Origin: Hydrolagus affinis
Lineage: Eukaryota
Assembly: GCA_012026655.1 (NCBI GenBank)
Contig: JAAILG010001357.1
Span: forward strand, 1 to 64,000
Reading direction: 5' to 3'
DNA: 64,000 nucleotides
Part shown: positions 48,949 through 62,075 of the stretch, one piece after another
Layout of the letters: every line of letters begins with the position of its first letter
Numbering within the stretch: the first letter of the stretch is position 1
Notes under the pieces: generated by a model
The model's input: the letters and a program-made list of their open reading frames with translations, nothing else
The model's database searches: none
What the model was told of the DNA's origin: nothing
Translations under genes and position numbers: made by a program

Positions 48949-49870
48949 ATAAATATGTCTTCATTATCATCTTCACAGAGTCTTGATTATCTATATTAGG
49001 CAGATTGGAATCAACTACATCTTTGCTCTGGGACTCTTAAGCATTGTGATGGGTGGTTGCATGTGTTAAAAACCTGGCTGACCCAGCAGAACCAACTCAT
49101 GACCAACTCCATGTCAAATTCCATCTTCTCTCGATATTCAGTTCCTGAAAAAATCATGAATAAAGCAGCACATGAAAGCTGTGAGACATCTGTTTTGATA
49201 TCCAATACCACACAACCTGTTGTGATCACGCCCCAATCTTATATATCTAAAGGTTCACACATACCTAGTAATATATCCACACAGCAGTCCTCTTGCCTGT
49301 GAAACTTGCCCATTAAATCCTACCATCTTAAACTCTATTATTTGCATAGCACAGAAGTTCAAAGGCATATTCAATTGTCACTTGTTGAACCTGGGTTGCT
49401 ACAGGATGCCTCACTTTGTGGGAAGTCTGTGACTAATTTTCAAATCGCAGTTTAATTTCTTCAAGTCTATGTCCCTGGCAACCATTATGGTTAATTTCAT
49501 GAAATATCCGCCCCTGTAAAGTCACATTTATCTATACATCTTGTAGTTAGTCTAAATGTAAGTAAATGTAAGTAAGGTAACAACCCACTTATCCAATTTA
49601 ATTTTGTCCAGTTTGAAGGCGTTAATACATTAAATTATATGTTAAAATGTAATATTTGTGAGCCAGCAGTAACCCATCAACAATAAGAGGTTTGTTATAA
49701 TCAAGTTTTGTTTTTATCTGACCTGAACCACAATGTCATGGTGAACTACATTAAACTCAAGAAACATGATCAGAAATGCAAAATACTGCAGATGCTGGAA
49801 ATCTGAAACAAAAACAGAAATTGCGGAGAACACACAGCAGGTCAGGCGGCATCTATGGAGAAAGGAAAAG

Positions 49871-49910
49871 TGAGTCAACAATTCAGGTCTGTGACCCTTC
49901 GTCAGAACTG
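49871..49910 (-). ncRNA. Decayed minimal hammerhead ribozyme motif
   Basis: Minus strand cagtt-CTGACGA-agggtcacagacct-GAAT-tgtt-gactca. Confidence 0.6.
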
Positions 49911-50361
49911 GGGCATGTTGTGAGTGAGATGCTTTTAAGGAATAACAGAGAGGGAGAGGCAGGAAAAGGAAGACAAAGGAGGAAAATGGGTCTCCATGGT
50001 CTCTTATGCTGTCCCAATGAACCGCAGTGCAAGTTTTAGGAACTGCACCTTATCCATCTGCTAGAGACCTTACAGCCCTCTGGCCTTAATATTGATTTCA
50101 ATCATTTCAGGCCATAACAGCTCACGTCCCCCGCCCCCCCTTCTGTGACCATCTGGTCTGTCAGTTATTTTGCAGTTTCAACCTCTCCACATTTAACGTT
50201 ATTACCACCTCTTCTCTCCAGTTTTGTTGCAATACACCCTTTTGTTTCAAAACATTAATACTTCTTTAACCCTACATTTCCTGTCCTCTACCACATTTTC
50301 TCCTTTGTCTTCCTCACAATCCTTCTGTTATTCCTTAAGAGCCTCTCCCTCCCCACATGCC

Positions 50362-50402
50362 TGAGTTCTGATGAAAGCTCTTGGTCCCGAAACGTTGACT
50401 CA
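50362..50402 (+). ncRNA. Minimal type I hammerhead ribozyme motif, intact core with damaged stem II
   Basis: tgagtt-CTGATGA-aagctcttggtccc-GAAACGTT-gactca; 6-bp stem I and palindromic ACGT stem III. Confidence 0.7.
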
Positions 50403-51059
50403 CTTTTCCTTTCTCCATAGATGCTGCCTGACTGCTGAGTGTTCCCAGTGATTTCTATTTTTGTTTCAAGAAACACTATTGCAAAGATCTATACTGATGG
50501 TGATGTTTGTACACAACTCAGTAATCTCTAACCAAAGCAACTATCTTTAATCTTGACAAATCACAAAGTTAGACAAAAATATCTGTAAATAAACTTCCCC
50601 TAAGCATCTATTTTTTAATGTGCCTCAGAAATGCCTTGTTCCCCAAATCTTGCTGTGAAGGGAACATTTGCAGTGTTTTAGCAGATGTTTGAGAAAAATA
50701 ATGCGTGATTTTAAGATTTTCTCAACTATTTAGATTCTCTTTCCCTCACAACTGGATCTTTCTGTGGCTCACCATCTGTCAGTGAGAGGGTGAGCAGGTC
50801 ACCAGCTCCCTGGCCTTTCAGTACCATCCAGTATGGCATGGGGAGGGAAATCATCCCCAGATTGTCTTTTTGAATACCCTGCTGTCACAGCAGGTGAATA
50901 TGGACCTCAATGAGTTGGTGTGGGTGGGTTAGGTAATGGGAGGGAGTTGGGGGTGGGGGGGGGGGTAAGATTACAGTTTACAATCTTCTCAGAATCTGAT
51001 GGACGTGGACACTGTGCTTGAAAATAATAGGTGAATATTGTGACCTGTAATGTGCTAGT

Positions 51060-51610
51060 TATTACTGTTTGTAAATGCACTCTTATGTATTCATGTTTGG
51101 GACTTCTATTGGTTTGCTGAGAGGAATTTATTCATTGGTATGCTGAAGCTCAATGCTCTTCCAACTGGTGGAACCATTGATTGATAGGTGGGAGCGTGTG
51201 TTCAGCTGTGGGCAGAAGCACGGTGGCAGTGGCGTCACGTTTTTCTTGCTGAGTTGTGGTGCACACTAAGAGGCTTAGAAAGGGTTCTTAGCATCTGTTA
51301 TCCAACTGTTAATGATCAACTAGTGCCGATCCTCCTCGCGGTAAAGTTAAGAGAAGTTGATTTAGGGCTGAGCTGGCTCTAAGGTGATGTGTCTGGTAAT
51401 GAAATGTCACAATCAATTCAATGCTCTGTGGTCACCAGGCCTTGGCTCATGCTCTTGCCAACCTGAATCTAGTACCTTTTGAGATTGGGTTTGCAGGTGT
51501 ATCCATCTGGGGAGAGAGAGCATACATTCAATTCAAAGTGGAGTGCGGATATTTTCATAGGTAGCATACATATGCAGAACTCTCAGTCTGGTTTGGATAC
51601 TCTTAAACAA
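51060..51610 (-). repeat. Unclassified ancient interspersed repeat, copy 3
   Basis: Reverse complement colinear with 31690-32830. Confidence 0.7.
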
Positions 51611-51822
51611 GCCCCTCCAATTGGGCTTCCACGCTGCCCACAGCATGGAAACTGCTCCGGTCAAGGTCAGAAATGATATCCTGACTGTGGCTTCTGCCGC
51701 CCTCCCAACTCTCTCCCTCCTCTCCTAACTCTCTCCCTCCCCTCGCACCTACCCTGCCCTCTCCCTTGCTCAGATCATGACTTGACTGATCAGTGCCTTG
51801 GGACGTTCTCCCTCCCATGTGT
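51611..51822 (+). mobile_element. L2 with a large internal deletion
   Basis: RT segment (PLQLGFHAAHSMETAPVKVRNDILT, cf. 46797-46875) fused directly to 3' UTR sequence (cf. 48000-48120). Confidence 0.8.
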
Positions 51823-52119
51823 CAAAAATAGATAAACATCATTGGTGTTAATTACCAAGAGTGTCCATAATTCCATGATTGAAAAACGTCATCAACATGA
51901 TCAATAAATATACACATCAGTTGATTTGGGAATGTGACATACTGCTTCCAAACCCAATACAATAATTGGGCCTGACTGGCCAAAATTGCATTGGCATGAT
52001 AGTTGGAATGATGCCAGGTTAACTGATTGTTTTGAAGAATCAGATAATTGGGCTTTAGTTTTTGCTGTATTTTTTAACCATCTGAAAATGTATCAACCAA
52101 GTTTCTCCAGAAAGGGATG

Positions 52120-52335
52120 TTGATGAGATAAGCAGGTCTCCTTGGAGTCTATGAGCATGATGCAGTCTCGAAACTTGGTTCTTGCCAACCTGAGCCTAAT
52201 GCTCTGTGGTATTAAGTAAGCAGAATGCTTCCCTCCAGGGAGAATATGCATTTCATCTGAATACATGGAGTTCTGTTTCGTTTGGATATTCTTTTTCATG
52301 GTGGTAAGTTTCTTTATGTGTCAGACGACCCAAAA
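52120..52335 (-). repeat. Unclassified ancient interspersed repeat, copy 4
   Basis: Reverse complement atgaaatgcatattctccctggagggaagcattctgctta...attaggctcaggttggcaagaac matches 32082-32165. Confidence 0.7.
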
Positions 52336-52988
52336 ATTTACCAGTTAATTAACACATTACACTCTAACAATTTACGCTCAATATTAACAATGTTTTCATT
52401 CTGCACTGAATAACTTCATGATTATAGGTACTAGAGGCAAGCAAACATATAGTATTGTATCACGGCTGGAATTCGTACCTTTGGAATACGAGGTGGGAGA
52501 AAATATAAGATTGCTGGTGCATGGAATCCATGAAAACACAATTTGTTTGTTTGAAAAGGAATAAAAAGAGAATGGGTTTAGTTTGAATTACCAGCAATAA
52601 AGCATTCATGCAGACCTGGTTGAAGAAAGTCACTGGAGCAATAGAACTTATAAATATTGAAGAATACTAAAACATTTTATTGTGCAATAAATTGGAGAAT
52701 TCACCAAGGAATGTAATGGAAATGTTTTTTTTATTTCCACAAGTGAGACCAAGCTGATAATTCAGAGACATAGAAGTATAAAGAGAACTAAACCAAGCAA
52801 GTCTGATTAGATTTCCTTGTTCAAGTTTATTTGTTTCGAAAACTACCTTGAAAACGAGGGTAACGTATTACTGACTTAGAGTAAACATAGCCTCTCATTT
52901 TTGTTTCCGATTCTGAAGTGGTTGACTGAACAATCATCTTGTCATGACTCATCTAACACCAAGTTCTTTGCAAAGAGGCTCCTTAGAG

Positions 52989-53300
52989 ATGTCAACAAAG
53001 AAGAGAAAGTGTGAAGTTCTTTCTGTAATAAATAGTTCAGAGGTTCAACAGGATACTGCAACCGTATTCTATGGAATGATAAAATGACATCAGCCAGACC
53101 ATTTTTGAGTGGAAGTTACTAGAGCAGTTGTGCGAAGGTTATTACTTGTTAAAGAATTGTTGACAATGACAAGATAGATGAGGACAAGAAAGAATGAAGG
53201 GAAAATTGTGTTGCTTCATAGATGTTGAGATTTGAGATTGAAATGATTCGGATGCTAGGCACATATCCTCTCAATGCTTCAGAAGTTATACCAGGCAGTC
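52989..53300 (+). pseudogene. Possible fossil pogo/Tigger transposase N-terminus
   Basis: MSTKKRKCEVLSV, then across frameshifts RMKG..FIDVE..LK*F..DARHI..PLN, resembling the CENP-B-type HTH; heavily decayed. Confidence 0.35.
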
Positions 53301-54124
53301 TGTTTCTAAATATATATATATTTATTTGTGTGAAATACTATTTGTTTTATGTATAGCACAATCAGGTTCATTTTATAGCATTTTAGAACTATAAAGCAGC
53401 AATGGGCATCTCAGTGGGTCAAAGCATTAGTAAGATTTACCTTGCCCAAACCCCCTCTCCATGCTTGGTCCTGACCCTAATTGTTCAGCATCTTAGACAT
53501 CCTGCCGACATGAAAGACACTCTACAAATGTAATTTTGTTGTTGTTCATCTCCCGTTCACCGTTTTGGTCATTCACTTCATGGCTGTTTGTGGGACAAAT
53601 TTGCTGCTGCATTCGTCCAGAAAACACAGATTCATTCCACTTCACAGTTTATCTTAGAAACATATTTTAGGCACCATTGTTTCAGTCCCAGATGATCAAT
53701 GCACAAACACAGTTCAATGTCTTACCATTAGCCCATTGAATGAAATTATACGTCTCTGCTCACACTGTCTAATGCATTAGTCACTGTGCTGTGACTGAAA
53801 AGTGCAATGGGACAGAGTCAATTCCTTCCACAATGAGTCCAGATGTTTCTGGTAGCAAATTTGCCACCCAAACATAAGGTTCAAGCGGCAGAATGTATGA
53901 ACAGCTGTAACGATGAACCTTAATCACAAAGCTCTTCCCACCTCATAGGTGCTTGACTGTGTTGACAAATTGTTACCTAGTACTAAGGGGAAGCTGAAGG
54001 CAGAAGGTAACAATGATTTTGGTGTGTCAGGCTTCAGTGAATTATCAAACATTATGTACTGTATAATCAAAGTGACTTAGGCAGAGCCATATCCAAAATA
54101 AGTTGATCTAAGATGAGTTAAATA

Positions 54125-54520
54125 TATTTTGCCCACAAATATAGTCAGTTTTTCTGCTCTCCTTCCCCTTCCCCTGGCCCCTCCCATTTCCCTCTTTTCC
54201 CCTTTTTTCCCCAAACCCCACTTCCACGACTGTTTGTGGGACACTGTTGTGCACGATTTGGCTGCCACGTTTCTCCCACAAATCTACAGTCAATTTTTTA
54301 ATTTTCCTACTTTCCTTCCCCCAACCACGATCCCTCCACCCCTGCTCTGGTCCCTACCTCTTTTCCCCCCTTTCTTCCCTCTTGTCTTCTCCCTCCCACC
54401 CTGCTCTGGTCCCAACCTTGGGACATTGTTGTATTCTGTTATTTGAGACATTGATAAGATGTGGAAAACACTACGTAAATGTAAGGATTATTCTTATTAT
54501 TAGTATGATTATTATTATTA
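54125..54520 (+). mobile_element. L2/SINE mosaic retroelement 3' end
   Basis: Colinear with the reverse complement of 3507-3800, including ccacttcca-gactgtttgtgggacactg and ctgctctggtccca-ccttggga. Confidence 0.78.
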
Positions 54521-55769
54521 GTAAGGTAACCATTGTATTCTCTGAACTCCACAATCAGACATTGTCATTGTTGGTGGAAGATGAGCCCACTATCATATCC
54601 ATCCGCCTGTCTTTTGGGTTTAGTATGCGCATCTGTTGTGGAATGCGAAATATTGATAAACAGAAATATTGCAACACAAGTCATGCCCTGCTTTCTACAC
54701 CCAATAATAACTAAGCAGCCAGTAGAAAAGAGGATTTAAAAATGATCCAAAGGTTGGACCAGTGATATCTTTATTGGGGTCTAAATTAAAAAATTCACCA
54801 AAGACAAAAGGAAACACTATTTTTTGTAATTTACAATATTTGCAAAATGGGCTGAGGGTGATTTCTAAAAGCTACCATTGTGCAAAAAATAGAACAGGCA
54901 ACAAGGTGCACAGCAGTGGGCAAATAAAGGATAAGATGGACTGGGATTTTGGCAACAGATAAGAGGCATAACTTTCTTTAACTTGAACTTCAAACAGTCA
55001 ATTATTTTATTCTTGAGCTCACATTCATCAGATTGTGCCAAAGGAGATCACTTAGGAGCATCAACTGGAGGTCTGTCTCATATATTGTCCATCTTTCACC
55101 TCCGATAACTCCTCATTTTCATTGGTTCAGAGCAACATCACTGGGTTACATTCTAAATACTGTAGTTCCATTTTAGATTGTAGAAATCAGCTACCAGGGA
55201 GTAATAAAGAGTGGGTGTAAATAACAGGGGGGAGTTTACAATATTGAAGGCTGGCATTGTGTTGATTTACACCTGAAAGGATAACGTAATACAAGCTTAA
55301 ACACCACACCTTGTACTTCTAAATTCCTAACAAGTGACCAGCTACTTAGTGAGGGTGGTTTCAATGGTTTCAGAAATCTAATGCATCTTTTATTATCCTA
55401 TTTACCAATGTGTGATATATTCAACAATGCAAGGTTGACATTTACCCAAAGTACACAATGGTAGCTTTCCTGAAATTGATTGAAGCCTTTCAGCTAGATT
55501 GTGTGACCAGTGAGCTGGGTGTAGCCTTCGATTAATAACATAATATGATCAATCACTCTTTACTGTTGGTAGAACTTTTAAAACATGACCCCAGTCAGGA
55601 AGTCCCATTTCCATTGTTACAAGCTGATTATGGAACTCGCGCGCACAGGTGATGGATTGCTCTCAACATCACTTGCTCTTTTAAGTGAATTGACATTTAT
55701 AACACCAAATATGGTCAAACCAAGTTCATTTTCCTTTTTCTCCTCTCTTGAAAGTACTGATACATTTCC

Positions 55770-56050
55770 ATAGTAACAAACCATAGATATGTACAGCTCC
55801 AAATGAGTTCATTCAGCCCATCGTCCCCATGCTGACTCTCTGAAAGAGCTATTTAATCCCTTCAATCTCATTCTCCTGCCTTTCCTTCATAATATATTGT
55901 AATTTTTTTTCAAGCATATATGTAATTCTGTCATCAAAAGTTAATACATAATTGCAGACAGGGAATTCCATAACTTATTCCATAAATTTGTTAATTTATG
56001 TAAAAAAAAATCTTAGATTCTCTCTTTATTTCTGGTAGCTTAAGTTCCCT
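55770..56050 (-). mobile_element. Old CR1 3' fragment
   Basis: accatagatatgtacagc...cattcagcccatcgtccccatgctgactctctgaaagagcta, homologous to 29066-29200. Confidence 0.7.
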
Positions 56051-56059
56051 GCCTGCAAT

Positions 56060-56325
56060 TCTCTAACATAAGTTGACCAGTCTTCATATGTGAGCCCAGT
56101 GTGTATATGCAGGCATCTAGAAAGGTGATCATAGTTGAGCTGTAACCTGTGGCCACCCAATATCAACAAATATGCACTCTCCAGCAGAGGTCACTGAACA
56201 GCAATCAGGTACAAGTTCCCCTGTTGAGATCAACTCAGTTCACACCAGGAATTGAACCCACAACTCTCCAGGTCAGTACAGTTCAATTTCTCTCTAGTCT
56301 GTGGTTTTACCAACTGAGTCTCCAG
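56060..56325 (-). mobile_element. Ancient tRNA-headed SINE-like repeat
   Basis: Reverse-strand B box (ggaattgaaccc) and A-box-like taccaactgag; body similar to 920-1285. Confidence 0.55.
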
Positions 56326-56979
56326 GGAAGCTAAGGTCAAGTTTTAAAACAATGTAAATGTGTGAGGTTGTTGGTGGTCAGACACATCAATGAGAAAATC
56401 CCAGGCATTGTAGCCCATGCTACTGAAGCAGGACAACATATCAGCTTCCTTTCACCACACACAAACTGAAGTATACGATCTGGGACATCTGTGATGTTAC
56501 TTTGGGTTATTGGTAGTTGATTAATGATGCAGTGCACAGACAAAAGGTACATGGTCATCTTAGATCACAGAACACAAACGAACAATAAGCTGCCTGTTCA
56601 CAATATAAATAGTTTGCAATCAATTGTAATGGAACACCATAGAAATGAAAAGCACAAACCCTGTACTTGAGTTCAGGTTACTGTGAGAGGGGAAGTCTAA
56701 CTTGCTTTTAAGTGGCGTCCCAACACCTGTTTGTACACATTGTATGTCTGGCTGTATGCAGAATAAGTGAAAGAGGAAACATTTATGTTGTATATCAACA
56801 AGGCTTTCTATCTTTGTTCACTTCCAAACATCGCAAGATGGACCAAATAAATGCAGATAAGCTCATGTTGAGTGCCATTACAATGTTAAATATACAAATG
56901 TTAGAAATTTACAGCACAGAAGAAGGCCATTTGGTCAATTGTGTCTATTAATTGTAATGTAGCAATGTAATGTATTTTC

Positions 56980-57297
56980 TTTGTGGGACACTGTCATGCA
57001 CAATTGGTTGGCACATTTTCCCACAATTATCACAGTCATTACACTGTACAGTATATCTTGTGTAGGGTTTTGAGACATCTCAGCAACCTGATAAGCCACT
57101 ATATTAAATGCAATGATTCTTCTTATTATAAAAATTAGTTGGTCACTACTCTATTGTTATGTGCAAATTAATTGTTGCATTTGTCCAGAAAATACAGTTA
57201 CCACTTTATAGTATATTCTGTAAAATGCTTTGAGAAGTCTTGACCATGTGATAAGGAGCTTTACCAAGTGCAAGATATTATTATTATTAATTATTAC
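56980..57297 (+). mobile_element. Two degenerate SINE 3' halves
   Basis: tttgtgggacactgtcatgcacaattgg...aaatgcaatgattc and gtatattctgtaaaatgctttgaga...gcaagatattattatt. Confidence 0.75.
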
Positions 57298-57603
57298 TGA
57301 GCTTATTTTATCGGCAATATTGATATGGCAGTGAGCAAAGGAAAGTCTAAATAATTGTTCCATTTAATACAGTCCTGTATCATACTGATGATGCTTCTGG
57401 AAGTGTTTCACAGGAATTACCTTAAACTGTAGTTACTCTATACTTAGAGATCAAATGGGCAATTGCATTATGTTATGGGGTAATGAATGACACTTATAAG
57501 TAATCGTTGGTTCAATCCCTTCTCATTCCTGAGGCGGTTGATCAAAACTAAGAGTGGTGAGTGCTGTCATTGACTTCTGAGCAACTGGACGAGGAAAATG
57601 AGG

Positions 57604-57850
57604 CAGGGCAAAACCTTGGGCGAGTTTCCTTACTCCACACGCCTAATAATAATTCCTCAAAAAATGCAATAATAAATTGGTTATTTCAATGCATGACTGT
57701 TTGTGGGACACTGCTGTGTGCAATTGGCTGCCACGCTTCGCCCACAAATATACACTTAATTCATTTTACAGTATATTCTGTGAAGCGCTTTGAGACGTCC
57801 AGAAGATGTGAAAAACCTATTTCAAATACAAGGATTATTATTATTGTTAT
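57604..57850 (+). mobile_element. tRNA-derived SINE lacking its head
   Basis: cagggcaaaaccttgggcgagtttccttactccacacgcc...caaatacaaggattattatt. Confidence 0.92.
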
Positions 57851-59910
57851 TTATTTCTCAGCATCCCTCTGAATGGTTCAACATATTCTGTGGAGTCTAA
57901 CTAATAATAATCCTTTTAATTAATATTGAAATGTAATTTTTTAAAACAATTTTTATAGTAGAAAATCCTGTAACAGAATTAGCGAAATGGGGTCTTCTGT
58001 CACGAAAAACTACCATCTTGTAGATAATGAGGCAGAAAATAATATTTCTACACCTTACAGTTTTGCCAGAACTTATTTGTAATTCCCGTGAAATGCTTTG
58101 AAACACCCTTCTTACATGATAATAATAATAACATAATAATCCTTGCATTTGATATAGCGCTTTTTCACATCTTATCGATGATAAAGCGTATTACCAAATG
58201 CAGGATTATTATTATCTATTACCAACTTACATCCAGATGTATCTTGCAAAGGATAACATCACCTTGGCATTTTGTACCATATTTACAGTTGTGCATAGGG
58301 TGAAAAATGTAGTATGTTATATAATTGTCACTCCTCATTAGCATTATTTCACAGTGTTGCTAAACATCTATTTATTAATGTTTTTATAGAGCAGTATTTG
58401 TTATACTGTGGAAATCCTTACAACATTTGGACAGATAGAGAAGCATTTTTAAAAAAAAATCTTTGGTTTTGGAGGCAGAATTTATGTTCACATTTTGACC
58501 TTCAAATTAGCATGAACAATATTCCGTCATCCAATGTTTTTGGCAATGGTGAGCAGAATTTATATTGGAAGCTAAATGAAATCGTTAAAGACGAAGTAAT
58601 AGCATCATGAAGCATGTTGCAATAACATTGACTTGGCTCCACAATGACCTTATCCTGCATTGGCCCCTAAGAGCTCAGCATTCACACTGTAGTTCAGCTG
58701 AGCTATTAGTAACTACAATGGTTGCCAGAGTCACTAAGTTGTTGGAGCATGTTGCTCTTTTTCCTCACTCAATCAAAGCCATTTTAACTATTGTCTAACT
58801 TTAAAATAAGGTGTTAATGGATACCTTATCATTTTGAAATGGTGACTGTTGTTTGCTTGATTTCACACATTATTGCGTCTCATCCTAAAACTGCAATCTT
58901 TGAGCAGTTTGCATGAATGTCTCTAAGAAATTGTACACAAAATATGAAAATAAATCCTTGTGGTTGGAAGAGGAGGGGGAAAGGTAAGTAGAGTGTCCCT
59001 GGGGCTGAATTGGCTTGAAGGAAACATGCCTGGTAAAGCCAAGCATGTCTGTAGTAATCCAAGGCAGATGTAAATTTCTTAGGCCTAACAAATATGGCCC
59101 AAAGAAATCCATGGGTGCAACCATTGTGCTGTAATTTGGGATGAGGGGAATCGTTTGCTTACCTATTCCAAACTTTGTCATAATCATTCTGCTCAAGGAA
59201 ATTTCTGCTCCTTTGTTGTCATCTGACATGAAAGGACTATACGAAATACAAAGATTATTATTGTTAGGTTTACTAGTATTTAAAAACACAACTGAGGGTG
59301 AGCAAGATGACAGCAAAATTGTTTGAAATCCCAACTGGAATCAAGCTGAAAATATGTAGGTTCAATTCAATGGGCAATTTTTATGAAAGAATGGAAAATG
59401 CAACATTTCATAACAGGTGATAAGTTGCTAAGCATCAGATTTGTTTTAAAAGGTTGTGTTCTTCACCCATATTTCGTTAGCCATCAGCAAACCATAAGTA
59501 TGGCACTGAAAAATAATCTTTTCCTTACCAGTGGCCTATGTTCTATTTTACTTCTTCACAACCTTTCCAATTTCCCATTTTATTGATGCTTCCATGTTTA
59601 CAACAAAGTGTTCTGAAAGCTGCCTCCACTTTTTTTCCAACTTAAATTACAGTATTCCAAACTTTATTCCTTCGTCCTGATTTGTCCCTGTCCAAAATTG
59701 TAGAAATCAAAGCTCAATATTCCAGGTATCATGTATTGCAGTGTTGAAATTAATTAATCAGATTTTATTATAAATATTCTATCCTAAACAATTAATTTGG
59801 CATGGAAAACTGATTTTTTTGTGTGAGGAATCATTCAACCATTTATTTTGGATATGCTATACATACTGAATAGGAAGGAGATGTGTTTAATGTGAAGATG
59901 TCACAAATTG

Positions 59911-60405
59911 ACAACAACAAAAATTACATTGAACAGAGTGCTTTCATGTCGGAAGTATGTCCCAAGATGGTGGGCAGTTAAGGGTTTGCACTCAAGCTGG
60001 AAGTCAGAATCAAGAGAAGATGGATGTAGGAGGATAGCCAAAAGCACTGTCAAAGTGGAAGGTTTTTAGATGAGCCGTAAAGGAGGCAAGGAAGTGGTGA
60101 AATGAAGGGAATCTTGGATTGACTTCCAGAGGATGGGGACAGAGAAAATGGAGGCCTGACTGCCAATAGTGGGGTGGGCAGTGTGAGGAACATGAAGCAG
60201 GCCAGTGCCCACTGAGCCAAGAGGTTGGTATGACGCTAATAGTTTGGAGAGGTTGCAAGGAGCAAGACAATGGAGGGCTTTAAAGGTGAGGAAGAATATT
60301 TTAAACTCAATCCTCTGAGGAATGAGGAGCCAGTACATGGGGTGATTGGTTTATAGAGCTTCGTGTGGGAGAAATCATGAGCTGTAGAGTTCTGAATATG
60401 ACAAG
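59911..60405 (-). mobile_element. L2 3' fragment
   Basis: WLLIPQRIEFKIFFLTFKALHCLAP...HLKTFHFDSAF; (aca)n tail at 59911. Confidence 0.88.
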
Positions 60406-60484
60406 TTTTCCATTTCTTTTTGTCACCATGAACAGCTATGCAATGTGGAAACAGGGGAGGAGGACGCAAAAGTACAAAGAGTGT

Positions 60485-60765
60485 TAGAAAGGGTATTCAT
60501 GTGGGCTGATCAATGCTAAACAAATTTAATTTCAAATCAATGAAAGGTATTACATATCGGAAGTAACATAAAACTCTGCAGTTGGGATAGAACTTGCCAA
60601 AAAAAAGTTCAAAGTGGGTGTTGGTTGACTCAATGCTTACACTATTCAAACAGTTTAAGGCAGCAAACAGGATGCTGGCTGCTCTGCCAAATCAGTCGAA
60701 CTCGGATCCCTAGAATTCACGCTCAAACTGTACAGGTCACACCTGGAGTACTGTGTACCGTGTTT
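60485..60765 (+). mobile_element. Old CR1 RT C-terminal fragment
   Basis: Degenerate WADQ..KFN..KVLHIG...AANRML...LKLY..HLEYCV. Confidence 0.7.
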
Positions 60766-61940
60766 GTCTAAATCGGAGGGTGGTCTTACAAAAAGGAGAA
60801 GGGAGGGACAGTTCTCCAGTTCCTGTTCTTAGCAAAATGCAAAATATAGATGCCCTATGCTTAAAAGATCCACTGGGTATTTTATCATGGGAAAAAGTTT
60901 GGGTTCTGACATTGCTTGGCAATCAATATGGTATTGGAGTCTGCCAACAGCCTCCATATTTGGATCATTTACAATAAATCAAAGCCAAGAAAAAGATGGA
61001 TTTTATTCTGAATGGATTCAATATGTGAATATTTCCAGTTGCAAATTACATCCGAATCGCATGATTATTTTATGTCCTGTTTATATATTTCTGTCCAACA
61101 TTTGGACAGAAATTTCCAGACAAGGCATTCAAACAAGTTGTTTCTCCTTTAGTATATTTTCAAAAGTGATGATGGGAGCAATTAGAACTCACTTGATGTC
61201 CTCTTGAGTCAATAAATATAGTCTGGGTCATTACCCCTGCAGTGTTGCCCTTTGTTTCCCAATGGTGTAGCTTTCACTCCATCTCTGCTGCTTCATCTAA
61301 ACTCAGTTTACAAGAATTTCCAAACTACAAGTCTCATCTGTTCCAAGTATTATATTTGAACAGCAAATTCCTTGTCTATTACAATGTGCTAACCTTGTAA
61401 TTTAAACAACTCTTCAAGAATCTGAACCAATCTTTATTGATTCCTGTGAGTTTTAACCATTCACAGTGGTAAAGGATATCCTGCATGTAATACTACAAAA
61501 GGAATGATATATAAGTGATGTAGAGCACCTGAAACTTCTACTGAATACATGTGGTAAAGATCTTTGTGAAACATCCATAGGATAGCATCTCTTGAAGGAT
61601 TATATTCAATTAGTGTGGACTCTCAGATAGGCCTTTATGCAAGCCTCTCACACTGGGCTTGTTAAAATAGTAAACTTCAAGGAAGCATATGTTAGAATAT
61701 TATTATTACACTTTTGGGACTTAAGTTTGAAATTCATCCAGTATCTGGTGGTTGAAACTTCTAAAACACAATCGCCCTCGCTTTTCTGAGCTCAGTGCCC
61801 AATGGGTGAGAGTCCACAATGTCGTGCCTGTAACTCCACAAAGAATGGAGTTCATTGATCAGTGTAACTCAGATAACTACATATCCAGTGCAATGACTGC
61901 TGTTGGTGTCTGGCTTTTTTAAAGCTGGTGCGTTATTATT

Positions 61941-62075
61941 CCAGCACCTTGGGACATCCTCCCAACATGAAAGGCGCTATATGAATGTAATGTTGTTGTT
62001 GTTGACCCTGATAATAATAATACTTGCATTTGATATTTTCATATCTTTGAGATGTCTCAAAGTGCATCACAGAAC
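61941..62075 (+). mobile_element. L2 tail (plus) facing a SINE tail (minus)
   Basis: cagcaccttgggacatcctcccaacatgaaaggcgctat...gttgttg, then ataataatacttgcatttgata. Confidence 0.85.

Larger units (their letters stand above)
49767..50465 (+). mobile_element. Complete truncated Penelope insertion: inverted pseudo-LTR (49767-49990) plus ORF end and pseudo-LTR (49992-50465)
   Basis: GLLCCPNEPQCK...LETLQPSGLNIDFNHFRP* matches the end of ORF 15836; arms are reverse-complementary; 10-bp direct repeat tcaagaaaca at 49757-49766 and 50466-50475. Confidence 0.9.
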
